A stretch of DNA of 58,109 nt, filler included, from Perkinsus olseni (Eukaryota): NCBI GenBank assembly GCA_013115125.1. It is 2 parts of 2 records of this genome, joined end to end, with 100 filler letters (N's around TTAATTAATTAA, not from the genome) between each part and the next. Parts side by side here need not be neighbours in the genome. Positions count along the whole stretch, not along the records: positions 1 to 29,005 come from JABANN010000435.1; 1 more part is not named here. One strand, written 5' to 3'. Under the pieces are notes generated by a model. That model was not told the DNA's origin, did no database searches, and saw only the letters and a list, made by a program, of their open reading frames with translations. A program made the position numbers and the translations under genes. Positions 1 to 12,700 of the stretch are shown piece after piece. The first letter of the stretch is position 1. Each line of letters begins with the position of its first letter.

Positions 1-209
1 GGTAGTTCTGGTCGGTTTTTCCTTAAAGCCGGTCGTCGCCGGGGGATTTGTGCGCTCGCCCGGGGCCCTGCCCGGGCTCGCTGATGTGTCGCTTGCGCGA
101 CAGTTTATGGTTTTTGGCAAACCCGGCGCCTTACCACCTAGTTCGAGTTGTACGGCGACATGGCGACTGCATCGCTGCCAACTTTGCGCTGGAAACCGCT
201 AGTGATCAG

Positions 210-890
210 GGGCCTATTTCACGAGGGCTCATAAGGAGCAGAAATTGTAAGGTGCCTTACGGTTTTCTCGTAAGCCGCTTTCGCATCCTTACGATTTGAG
301 TCGTAAGGGTAAGGTGCCATGAGGCTCCTCACCATAAGGCACCTCACCGTAAGACTCCTTGCATAAGGAGGGATAAGGAAGCGCTCCTAACGTAAGGCTA
401 TTTCACGAAAGGCCTTTTGACATGCCTCTTTACGGACCTCCTCCGGGGGTTCCCTACGTGGACTTGCCATGTGCGCCTTACGGGATCTTTGCGGTTTCTC
501 TCCGCTCATGGCTTGACCCGCATCGGTATTCCCCGGGAAAGTTCAATTCTCGCTCCACGAACTTTCTCGGACATTTCGGACTTGAAGGAATTTAATTCCT
601 GGAATTACCTCATGTTCCCACTTCCACTCGGCGTTTTCCTTGAGATTCGCTAAGATAGCAAGACATCCCCAAGTTGTACTAAATCTTTTCTCAAAGCTGC
701 GTGTCTTCACGCATGCATTTCGCTTATAAGCCACCGTAAGGTGCCCCTCATAAGGTGCACCATACGGATAGGTGCATAAGGTGCAAAGAGCGATTTCTTG
801 TGAAAGAATCTCCTTGCGTCGTAAGGCACCTTGCTCCTTGCACCTGTCCGTGAGGTGTTCCGTGAAGAGCCTTTCTTGTGGAATAGGCCC
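210..890. mobile_element. Non-autonomous PIF/Harbinger-like MITE
   Basis: TIRs GGGCCTATTTCACGAG (210-) and CTTGTGGAATAGGCCC (-890), 2 mismatches. Flanks are CAG (207-209) and CTG (891-893), a CWG-type site with an imperfect TSD. Interior is rich in CGTAAGG/CATAAGG/CCTTACG subterminal motifs; no credible ORF. Confidence 0.75.
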
Positions 891-1964
891 CTGACGTTGC
901 CAACACGGGCTTCGATGCCAGTGGCATGTTATTCAATAACGGTCATGCCTGTATTGCCGACCTTGTATAGATATATCAGCTCACTGATCAGCCTCCCGTA
1001 TTGGAAAGACCAACCATGTCCGCCTTGCCAGATGGAGACTATCCGTCTCCCCCTTCGTCGCTAGCTTTGGTCAAGAAAGTTGGTGTTGCCCATACCATAG
1101 AGTCGGGAAAGGATTAATCATTCTTGTCGACCTGCTTTGACCGGTGCTCCCGACTCGGGAGTCCCGAGCGATCGTGGGACGCCGGGCACAGCTTTATCAT
1201 GTCGTACTTGGATGGGAGGAAAGGGGCTCACAGTCGCCCCGCCTCTTCGGAAAAAACTGTGACACTATACAGCCAACCGGCAGCTTATGCATCGGCCCAA
1301 TAGTCGGTGTTGGTATGCACACTATTTAATGTATCGGGTACACTGTGCACTTTCTCGGCATTCACTCTAATGTAGGATTTGTTTCACGAGGCAAAAACCT
1401 ATAAGTCTTTCGCGAACGTGAATTGAGCGGTAAAGTACTTTCTTCGCCCGCCTTCATCAGACGAAGTTCATCTCTGGCGCCACTGACAAGTAGCCCTAGG
1501 AATCTAGGTGGCGGCAGACCCAATCCAAGCACTGCGTCATTATCTAGCAATGCGAAGTAAGTACTCGCGCATAAAACCAACAAGAAGTGAGTGCATCGGA
1601 GAAAGTCTATACTGTCCCAGCACAATAAGACCATTTGTCCACACTGTGGACAAATGTGTACTGATGGTGACACCCGTGGCGCTGGGAACAGTAACAGGGG
1701 TGCCATGCTCGAGGCCTACTACTGCGGTCGACGCCTCACGTTCCTGATCTACGCTCCTCAGCGAGACTGGTTTGTGTGGAGTCTCAAATCTGAGCGCGCA
1801 ATTGTTATCTCTACCACAAGCTGAAGCATTCTACCCAGGATGCTTGAAAGGACGCCACCTGGGGACTGTCCCACTCGGGCTAGCACGCATACTAATCGTG
1901 ATTCATTGATGGAGCTACCGGAGCCTCGAACTTGACGTCGTACGATTCCGTCTTGCACTGTGAA

Positions 1965-2023
1965 GTCGCTCGCCAATGGTCTTTAGTGTGCAAGTTGCAC
2001 ACTAAAGACCATTGGCGAGCGAC
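1965..2023. repeat. Perfect palindrome, 29-bp arms, 1-nt spacer
   Basis: GTCGCTCGCCAATGGTCTTTAGTGTGCAA-G-TTGCACACTAAAGACCATTGGCGAGCGAC. Confidence 0.97.
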
Positions 2024-2426
2024 AAACTCTCATATCTCTCCCTCAATGATTGAGGCTCAATCGGAGAAGGACCAAAACAGCGTGATCTGATATTCTGCAA
2101 TCTAGGGCATTAGAAGAGCCCATGCTCAATATCGTCAACTGCTTTCACGAGTGACGGCACCCATAGCAGCGAATGTAGTGAATTTCAACCGCTCCTGTGG
2201 TTCCTCGCATGTTCCATGATGTACAACTTCATAATGTCTGCGACGCTCGCATTGCGCTGAGTCCTAATCTCCCAGCGAGAGCCACAACATTTGTAAGAGG
2301 AGGGGCCGCTCAGCTTCCTGTTTCATTCCAAATTGCTCGTGGTGCTGCTAACTATTACGCCTAGTCACAAGGCCCTAGTGCAATTCCGTTGTCCGTCTAT
2401 CCTAAGTGACGTGTAAATACAAGCGT

Positions 2427-2477
2427 ACAGAGCCCAGGCTGCATGGCATAGGCTATGCCATGCAGCCTGGGCTCTGT
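2427..2477. repeat. Perfect palindrome, 25-bp arms, 1-nt spacer
   Basis: ACAGAGCCCAGGCTGCATGGCATAG-G-CTATGCCATGCAGCCTGGGCTCTGT. Confidence 0.97.
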
Positions 2478-3361
2478 CGATTAACATAGAATAGGTTGCC
2501 TCCCTCGGATTTGCACTATCAGCATAGATCAGGCTGATCTGATCAGCTGAGTTGAATAGTTTACTTCGCTGCCGGCGCTTAGATTAGTTATGCGCGCACA
2601 CCGGTACATTAGTAGGAAAGTGCGTTCTCGGCACAACGTGGCAAGTCTGTCTACTTTCTCTACTGCGCACGATGTCACGCTGGGTGGGAGACAGGCCCGT
2701 CTCATAGACAGCGTCTCTGTCTCAGCGATTATACCATACACCGCCAAGCGAATGTTTCATGCTCACTGCGCTGTGCAGCTGCTGTCTGACTCGCCCAACT
2801 CACTGCCCCTCACTGTGTAACGTGACTTGTGCTCCGGCATGGCATCGTGTTTGCCTGCGAGACAGAGATCCACTACGTCACTGAGGTTCACCAAGGTTGG
2901 CTCCGGAGACAGCAACGGCGGCGCGCAGTGTTGAGAACTCAGAGCAGCCGTCGACCGTCCCAACTTCCAGTCTACCTTGATCATAGAGTGTGATCCCTCT
3001 GGCTCTAGAAGACCGAAGACTGACCTCCATGGCAACGCCGATGCAACAGACGCTTCTCAGAATGCCTTTGGAGATGTCGGGTTGAGACTGTCCCGCTCAG
3101 GCACACGCAGGTTCGACCTACTCTATCGATCGACGATCGCGCTATTCCCGCCTGGAACGAAAGCCGGAAGTCGCGTCCTCCGGCGGACGCTCAATTTTCC
3201 GCTATGAATCTGCTTGGAGTTGACATCTCTGAGACTCTCCTTCCCGGATTGTCATTGGCCTAGTACGGTCGCAGTTGTTGTTTTTTCCTGATAGTTTTTT
3301 CGAAACTCGTTCTTGTTTCACATGACTATCACCGTGCTGCCGCTTTGAACCCTGCTTCTAG

Positions 3362-3660
3362 GCTTCGTGGCCGGCAAAGTCTCTAAAGACATTAGGTTCT
3401 CCTCCTACCTCCCTGGTGCCCAGGTTGAGTTGACGCAATCTTTTTTCGACGAGGAGGTGGTGATCGACCTGACCTGTGACGAAGAGAAGTTCGAGGGGTC
3501 TGGAACTATATTCACGGACTCCACGACTACCTATAAGGCAACGGTCCCTCTCTACAAATTCTATCCGGATGGCCGGGTTGTCGACCCATTCAAGATTGCT
3601 TCATTCAGGCAACAGGTGAATCAGCTTTGCGGTGAAAGGAGCGTACCCGACGACTATTAG
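3362..3660 (+). CDS. Exon-like ORF of an unknown, possibly decayed, lineage-specific protein
   Basis: Protein-like 97-aa frame (SSYLPGAQVELTQSFFDEEVVIDLTC...QVNQLCG) after a CTTCTAG acceptor; no recognisable family. Confidence 0.25.
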
Positions 3661-6494
3661 TGTATGCTCTTTCTTACTCGTAGCACGACCAGCGTGTTAC
3701 GATGTTCACTGAGGTCGAGCGCGCCCCACTTATTCTTTCATTCGCAGCAGCTGGTGATTAGTCTCGGTATTGGCCACCGCACTCAGTACGGTGAACATCA
3801 CCGGGTGATGTTCTCTCATGTTTTCACTTATTATTCTCCCGCAAGTACTGCACAACTGGGGAGGTTCGATACAGCTCGGATCTGCAGCTGTTGAGGTCTG
3901 TCGTTCTGTCGAACTGCGAATCTCAGCAACAGCGACTAGCTACTGTTACTATGGCATTCTCGTCCAAAAGGCTTTTTCGTCAGTGGTAACGAATTTTTCG
4001 GTCAGGGCGCTTCGCCTGAGGATCAGGCCCTGATCGACGATCATTGCTTTACCTCCCTCAACTAGGTCTATCGATTGTCGGAAAGATTTGTGTTGACTAA
4101 GTAGCTCACAATGGAATTCTTACATGAAGAGTGGAATCATAGACAGTGGAGCTCTACTAGCACGAGGCCGGTTCCCATTGTTCTAAGAACAAGGTGACAG
4201 CATCGCATATTGGGCGCCGCGCGCCGAACTTGTCTACTCTGTAAACCACACGAACGTTGAGACTCGGTGGAAACAAGCAAGAATAGTGTGAAAGCGCCAA
4301 GAAAAACATGAGGCGCTGGTCAAATGCCAAGACTATCACAGAAGAGTCACCGCTGTTGTGAATGCCGCCGGGGTTTTGTCACTTCTGGGTCAAGGTGACC
4401 TTGAAAAGGTGAAAAGAAAAATTGTGATTCACAATGAGAGCCAGTTGAGTCAACTGATTGGTGGAGAAGCATCCTACTCCGGTATTGGCGGACCTCCGCA
4501 ACCCGGTCGGGTTCATGCATATAGTCAACTGAGTTGACTCAGTTGTGTCAGGCGGCTGATGTTGCGACGAGACGGGTTCCTGGCATGCCGTCTGCGCGGC
4601 ATTCCGAATACCGGCCCCATTCCTGAGACGGCATTCAACTGAGGTTTGCAGACACAGTGAACAAGCTCGTGTAATCTCGAAGGACTAGTTTTTAGCGAGT
4701 CAGACTTGACTAGGGAGAGCAAGACAACATGGCCCGCGTGAACTTACGGAAGACCTCGGGCTTAAGCCAACGAGTTGCGTTTTATGTATTAGTCACCGGC
4801 GGTCTCAGTCTTTTACGCCTCAACGCAACTCCGCAGCCATCGGTCCACAACAAGGCATCATTCACTCATCATCACGGATATGGTTTGGATTGTTTAGAAC
4901 TGATAAATCAGAGGAAGTTGGCTCATCATGAGAACACAGATAATATCATTTAAGTGTCCTCTGCCGTGCCTTCGTGACTGGCTGCTTCTGCGTAGGCAAA
5001 CACTGACCCTACTGAAGTAGGACCCAGGAGCCTTTCTTGACGTGCTCAGCAGTCTGACGATGCACTTCGCATACATTCGCGAATGAGTGATACTCATTCA
5101 ACAGAACTTCTCTCAAAGCCGAGCAGAGATTGTTTAGTTCCTTGACGGCCGAGGCGCCCTTTTTGCCCATCTCCTTCAATCCTTCACCGTCGATAGATTT
5201 GTCCCGTGGTCCACGGGCCGTGGATGGCTATCGCTGTATGTGTTCAGATGCTTCGATCCCGCAAGAACACCAGCATGAAATTCTTTCAAATTCTTCTTCA
5301 AACTTGTAACGTCAAGGCTTTTGACAGGGTCCTTGGTGAACGTCCTCACAAAAGCATCTTCTCCTCTACCAGTTTTTCTGACGTATCCATTATGACTAAA
5401 AAAGAGAAGCAATGAGAGTCAGCATTAGCGTCACGAATTCACGTTTCTCACAACTCGCTCTTAAACGGTTCACGGTGATTGAAACTCGTGGGGCAGATTA
5501 TCTCTGTCGTCCTAGCTGGGAAGTCTTTTCCCACAGCAACGGTCAATTGGCGAGTGCGCTCCGCGAGCCCGTCTCCGTAGATGCAGTAGGCTCTATCATC
5601 GGTGAGACCAATGCGTGCCTTATAGAGTGGAGGAAAGGCCTGAGAATAATTGCAATCATCAAAGCGCCTCTAATCGTCACGTGAGTGTCCCTGGATGTGC
5701 TTACGTCTGTAGCATCGTGCTTCCAATGACCGGCCGTCGCTCTCATCATCATCTTTCCCTGTACGGTGACCACCACCACTGCCATCGTGCACGTTCTCAG
5801 GATGCTGGTCATACGCTTGAATTGACCGGATCGGTCGCACTAACGCTTGGAGAAGCTGATTCGATACACGAGGAAGGCCCTCCCCGTAACTCTGACACTA
5901 GCGACTAATCTGCTTCGATCTGAGTCAAGGCCATCGAGTCTGAGCAAACAATTGTGTGATTCTCGCGACCTATTCTGGTTCTGATTGTCGAGTGCGAGCA
6001 TTGGCCCAGCCTTATCCCACGAATCAGGATCCGCATGCCTACCCTGATAGGACGTACTTATGCCTTATGTATCACAACGAAGAAGGCAGGCTACACACCT
6101 ACGCCCCGCCCACTGCGTATTCTCGTACTCTGGGCACCGACTTCCGATGGAAATATACGAAGCGCTCGAAGTTCAAGCATACTCATCTGTCTCGTAGCGG
6201 CGAGCGAAAGAAGCGCCCCGTCGACGACACACTCCACTCGATCGGTTTGTGAGGCTAGTCGTCATCGATCTTTGCTGTGAATTGTCAGGCGAAGAGTTAG
6301 TGGAGTCCCATTTGCCCGCTTTAAAATGTCTCGACACCCCGAGATACATCAATTGCCTTCATCACCGGGCAGCGCTGAGGCTACCCAATGGGAGCACATC
6401 CACAACCAGGGTGGTCGGTGGCTGGGGAGTTATAATAAATCCCGCCCCAAGAACCCCCATTTACTACACGGGGAGAAATGCCGATTCACCCCTG

Positions 6495-7771
6495 GGGCCT
6501 ATTTCAAAATTCTCTTCAAAGAAGAGCTTCTTGAGCTTCAAGAAGCTCTTGAAAGAAGGGGCTCAGGAACCATAACGGGTTTCAAAATTCCGGTCTTCCT
6601 TCAAGAGGACCTCTTCAAACTCAGGAAGTCTTCTTGAAGCTCACGAAGGGAAATCCGAAGAGATGTCGGACTTGACGTACGTGGGATTTGAACCCGGGAC
6701 CTTTAACGCATGTGGGGAAAAGTGTTGCCGAAGGCAACACTTTTGTTCACGACCTCCCTGAGGTTCACGACCTCACTTTTGTTCCGGTGTGTGGTTCTCT
6801 CGCGACCTCCCGCCTTGCTTGGCACTAAGGCAGTAGTACTAACGAGTCAGGCAACTCGGGAGAATGTATAGGTTCGCTACTTGGAACAATCTGCCGCCAT
6901 CGCTGACGTCATCAGTAGGCTAAATTTCTTTGCTGGCTTGGTCGGTTGGTTAAGCTGATTAAGCTTTGCTGGCTTGGTCTGGCTTGCAAGTGTTGATCGC
7001 CTTCTGTGAACCCTTTCGGTTAATATATTCCACGGTCTTCCAGATTAACAACTGGAAACACTGATCCAGACTTGTAGTAATAACAATATCAATAACCGCA
7101 ATGATAGAGAATACCCACTCTCTACCACTATATATAACGACGTAGGTGGTAGATGATAACCACCAATGTAATACGTAATTACCACCTTACTTAATGATTA
7201 ATGATTGAACCACAGCTAGCGTACTAGCGTCAGGATACTTAAGCCACCCACAGAGTGTCCCGAGGACATCAGAATGGGGGAAAAAGAGACAATCTACACA
7301 ATTGCCGAAACTTCATCATTTGTGTCCTTTTGGGACGCAACACAAGCTCGAGGCCGCGGCTTCGATTCGGGGATACAACATCACCCAGGATAGAGGCACT
7401 TTGCCAAGCGTTGCTGGCGACTTGTCCGGGAACCACCGAATAAAGTGTCGAAACTTCCCTTTAACCTACCCCTGAGGAGGTTAAGTTTTTTGAAACGGAA
7501 AGTTCATGAAGATCAGACTTTCGAAATAGGTTACGAGCTTCTTGAAGCTTCTTACGAATTTCAACGTGTGAAAACCAGCTTCTTACAGGAAGGCTTCCTT
7601 AGTGAATAGCTCCTTCAAGAAGGGTTCTTGAACCTCAAGAAGTTCATGGTTTAAAGAGCCCTTCTTAAGGCTCTTAAAGGAGGATTTTGAAAGCCGTTGA
7701 GGCAAACTTTGGCGGTTTCACGCTCAAGAAGCTCAAGAATGCTTCTTTAAAGAGAATTTTGAAATAGGCCC
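6495..7771. mobile_element. Non-autonomous PIF/Harbinger-like element with CTG TSD
   Basis: 30-bp TIRs GGGCCTATTTCAAAATTCTCTT(C/T)AAAGAAG with 1 mismatch. Perfect 3-bp TSD CTG (6492-6494; 7772-7774). Many CTTCAAGAAG/CTTCTTGAAG subterminal repeats at both ends. TIR start is shared with the 210-890 element. Confidence 0.88.
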
Positions 7772-7981
7772 CTGGGGGTTAATAGGAGTTTCAGGCGCGC
7801 GCGAGGCGCGCGAAGAAAATATCAAGGTATGCATGATCCGCAAGAATTCCGCGTAGTACCGAGTTAGAAGTTGCTATGGTGTAGCGAGTGGTATTCAACC
7901 GGAGTACCGCTCAGGGTGAGTATGCGTAATTAGGCCATCCGGGACGAATGGTCCCATTGAGGACCATTAATGCCTTAACCA

Positions 7982-9326
7982 TTAAGGCTTAATGGCTTTA
8001 ACTAGGTCGAGCTTAAACAACACCAAAGTTTGTTGACCATGACCTTTAACTGGTCCAGAGTCGATGAGAGGGTCGAGGACAAGATGGCCGCCAGGCTCCC
8101 CAGCAACGGCCGATAGGAACGTCTTGATCTGAGAGGCTTTTAGTTTGCCCAATCGGCGACCGAGCCCCGACTGTAGCCACTTTCGGAAATGTCCGTAGCA
8201 AGTCTGGGAGGTGGTGTACCAGTGGACCGTTCGTTTAGTTGCAGCGGTGGGCAGGGATCGCCTCATCCGAACGACGGCGTCCCCACGAGCGTTCACTAAT
8301 ACCGAATCTTCCGAGGCCCACGAACGTCTCGAGGACGGGTAGAGCGGCGCTACTCCGGAGTGCTCGTAGCTCACGGATGACAACAGCCTTGGACTTAGTC
8401 ACGAAACTGAGCAGATCTGTGGTCTTGTCCGCGGACCGGTATCTTTCGACCAGTTCCCCTACGAAGGCCCACCAGATTCTCGTCGTCAGGGCGGCATTTT
8501 CAGCGACTCTGACAGCCAAGTTGATGCTCTCATGCTGGTACACTGAATCCACGAGTTTTTCAATGATGCCATCCTCACTGGCTGAGGACAGGAAGCCCCC
8601 ATTGTTGATGGTGGCCTCGGTGAGATCAGCATCCCAGGGACCGTCGGATATCTCCTTGACGATTTCGGCTGCGGCTTCTTCGCAAGACAGGCCAGACTGT
8701 AGCTTTTCCGATCCATCTCGACGGAGTTCTCTCACAGCTGCGCCCAATATGGGGGCGTTGAGCGTTCGGTCAACCATTTCTGCATCCGCCGCGACCACAA
8801 CCAAATCTTCCTTATCAAGCCGCGGAAGAGCGTGAGTAGCGAGGGCAACCAAGACCCCATCTTGCAGTTTAGATAGCCGCTCGATGCAGACTTGAATGAC
8901 TGCCTTCAACTTGAAGGCTTCAAGCTCACCAGCGGCAAGGAAGCACTCAACGCGGTCGCGATTCTCGAAGAGGCTTCCGCCACGACACTCGAGGCGAACT
9001 CCTCGCCGTCTCAGATGATATACAGCGGAGTTGTTGTAAAGCTCGGACTACCCTTTGGTTGGGCCGAGCTGGGTTCAGGCAAGCTTGAAAAGCCCGCTCG
9101 AGGTTCCAAAACGACATGCAAAAATAGTAAAAACTTTCCTCCGAGATGTTGAAGCACTAATATCATCGATCCCGCTCTTCGAAATTGGGAGTACGCTCAA
9201 CTGGTTGAGGCCGACTACTGTGCTGTGATTAACTGAAGCAAGCTCAAGGGATACAAATTTTGTATCCCTTCTTTTTCCCGAGTTACAAATTACAAAACTC
9301 GGTCGGGAAGGAGTCGCGATGACCAT
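7982..9326 (-). pseudogene. Intronless disrupted ORF set, probably transposon-derived
   Basis: 224-aa ORF (8235-8909) overlapping a 133-aa ORF in another frame (7982-8383), plus a broken upstream frame. No introns, and located in a repeat-rich block. Family not identified. Confidence 0.3.
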
Positions 9327-9766
9327 AAACGGCCCAATTAGACGGCGTGTGTTTCGTTTGTAATGATCCGCCTATAGCCGGTCAAAATCTTGAAGCTCTT
9401 GCGGTTCCTCGAATTTCCTCAACGCGATTATCTAACCGTGACAGCGGTTTTACAAGATTCCTCATCCTCAGAGTTGAGGTGAATCCAAAAACCTTTGATC
9501 GGACACCTCGTGTCCGCTAAGAATGCTGCTGCTTTACTGCTTCAGATGGCCTCCAGTTTTCACTTGTCAAATCCTGTTGATCTCTTCGCGTGTTCCGTTT
9601 CCGGAAAGTATTTCTTCAAAACTTTTACCCGTTATGATATCGCCACGAGACGTTGTCATCACGGCGCATCCACCGGCCAAACATTGAGAAAGCGATTTGT
9701 TAAAAAGATTCTTTTCAAAATATCTTATTTCCGACCTCTTCTCAGTTCTGTCTTCTGTACTTTATC

Positions 9767-12700
9767 ATGGTACTGCCTAGTAGACTGCCCCCGATGGTAT
9801 CAAGATCTGCTTTCAACCAGTTTTTAATGCCTCGCCGATCGAAGTTCATATCACTACTGGGCGAGATCGCGTCGGAAGAGAATCTTTCGATGTCGCGATT
9901 GTCTATGGACTGGATACTTCAATTCAAAACTAGTATTTTCCGAAAATTTCAAATTTTTCCCGGAAAATTTCTTTTTTTTCCAGAAAGTCCACCGTTTCGC
10001 CAGACCTCTGTCTTCGGCTACACTTTTGATGTTAACACCGCGGCTGCCGTTGAAATATGTAAAGAGAAAAGCGCCACGAGTATTGTCCTGGCAGATCACG
10101 GGGTAAGAAAATACCGACGATCTGTTTTCTGGAGGTCTTTCGCAAAGTCCATTCTCCCCTGTGGTGATGCGCAAGCGTGGGTGGCGCGAGAACATTATTA
10201 AGATGATGGTAAATAACGTTGCTACGAGAACGACTCCTGATGCCACCTGCCATCAGCGTGTTACATGACCAATTTTCGGAAAATGTAATTTTCCCTGCTT
10301 AGCTGGGATGCGCAACCGGTGTCTCCAGTCTCGTCGTTGTGATTGTATTTGAATTTGAATCGGTGTGAGAAAATGATGAGCTAAGCTGCGTGTTGTAGAT
10401 ATTGCAACCTAGAGGGAGACTGATTCATTTTTGCAACGAATTTGTTGTTCGATTCGTTAACTGTGGCTACATCGCTCGGGCTGCGTTGCTGGTGGGCCGC
10501 TTCGACCACCTTATATCCTTTCTCTCGGCGGATAATTTCGTGGCGCGCGGTCGATGGCAGGTACCTAACGTACCACACACTGTTTTCTTGAATCCCTGTT
10601 GCTCCGTTGCTAAGGACTATATACCCAAGACTCAAAGTGCGGTGGAGCAGGTAGAGTGATGGTATCTTTATCTCAAGCTTGCATGATACGGAGGAGGTCA
10701 GGTGCTGGAGTACTGGAAGAAGGAGGGGTCGAAGTCTTTGGTGTTGAAACCTTTGAAGGGTACTAACTGCACGGGGGCATGCTCATTTGTATCTTACTAG
10801 AGTCGACCTAAGATTCGCGCCATATGCCATGGTAAATGGCAGAAGAAATGATTTGGTCGTGGATGATGAGAGTTCGTTGCCCACCCGTAGCGCCTCAGGC
10901 TTTCAATCATCGTGGATTTTTTAATGTATAAAAAATTTTTTCCAGATTGGATTTTGAGGAGGTCCTAGTATTGTAGTTCTCGAAGGTCTACTAGCTGTCA
11001 CTAGCGTTGGTGACAGAAAAAAAGATATGCACGGTATCTATACCGCATGCAAGCAGCATACGGAGCGGTGAGAAATTTTTGTTTTTCTTCATGTGAATTT
11101 GAGGCCCTGATTCTGAATTTTGAAGATGCAGTGATCGGTTGAATTTACCAATTTTCTCACTTTGTTGAAAAAAAAACTGAAAATTACTTGACAAATTTTT
11201 TTCATAGAAAATAATTAGGTACTGGTGGAAATGACGTTATGGTTGCTCACAATGTGAGGGAGGTGGAAGCGGGCGTGATGACCATCTTCAGTCGGGAGTA
11301 AGAATCTTCGAGGAATCTTGAGGTTGAGTTATTGACCTTAGATACGGCCTAGCAGTGTCACCATTCCTCGATATCATCAACGAGTATCGGGTTGTGTGTA
11401 CCCATCGGAAACCACAGCTGATGTACTCGAAGAAGAGAATGTCCCTGGTGGGCGATGGTGTAAGTACCATAACAGAACTGTGTGGTGGGAAGCTGACGAA
11501 GCAAAGCGCTAAGGTAAGAAGGACGGGGAGAAAGGATCGTTTTTTATGGCGCGTTAGTCGTGCTGGTGATGATAGTACTTGTTGTTTTTATGGACGCTTT
11601 CTCTTTTATAGTTTATCGACTTTCTCGTTTGGGTTTGTTGTGGTCGCACTTCGCTCCGCTCAATTGAGAGGAAAAGTTATTCATTTTACCAGTGCTGTTA
11701 AGAGATGTTGAGTCGTTTTTTCGAATCTTTCGAAATCCTTGCCTACCGGTGACCGCATCTTGAAGAATTGCGCTGAGCAAGCCCGGGTCGGGAACTGCGG
11801 CATGCGCATTGAGTGATTGATGACGTTGATTGACAAGCACGTCAATGATCGAAGGTCGCTGAGGCACTAGTGAGTCGAGGGGAAGGCCGCTTTGTGCCAC
11901 GCAATTTATTCGAGAAATGCTCGTGGGTTTGTTCGTACCACACGCTCGCCAATTCGCACTACGGGATTCGAGAGATTGTTTGGTTGAGGTTGCAAAAGCA
12001 TCTTCGAGCTCGATGATGCGATATGCTTCCTTATCGACGACTTTAGTGCCGAAACTGGAATTCGGTGAGATTTATTGTTTTTCAATGTTGTTTTCCCGAT
12101 CAATAATCGGAGAAATTTCGGATAATTCTGAAATTTTTTCGGCAAAATTTCTCGGACAAGTTATTTTTGCTCGTGTAAATTTTTCATAAACAGGACTTTG
12201 TGTTCGTGGCTATTTCTTGTATCTTTTGTGAGGTTATGTAAGTTTCAACTTTAACCCTTACAACCCGACTCGGTCACACGAGCACCGATGCACCTTTTGG
12301 TCAGTTTTTTTGACGAAATTTTTTTTCGTCACTCAGGGCATTGCCGATCTGCTAGGGGCAATAGAGAACCCCCGATGGGTGCCTCGGGAAGGGGAGGTGA
12401 TACCACTCCAATGGAAACACAACTTGGGGCTGGGGGCTAAGGCTAAGATAGTAGACAAGGATACAGAGTTGTGGGGGAAGGTAGTAATTTGGGGAAATAG
12501 TGGTATTCAGTTATTTAGCCGTTCTTAAAGTTTGCCGCGTTTTAGCGGATTTCTCCTCGTTTTTATTTTTTGAGTTTTTTTGAAATTTTGTACTTGCGCG
12601 ACAGCGTTACCTGTACGACGCGTGTCCATTCGATTGATTTGCGCTTTTTGTGGTATATTTTTCTATTGTGCGTTCCTTTACTCCGACGATTGGGTTTTCT

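Noticed and set aside
4150-5420. Possible decayed hAT-like transposase (minus strand)
   Set aside because: Fragmented frames with no diagnostic catalytic motif I can verify.
7982-8383. Tyrosine-recombinase (DIRS/Crypton) N-terminal domain
   Set aside because: Only a vague resemblance; no R-H-R-Y catalytic region visible.
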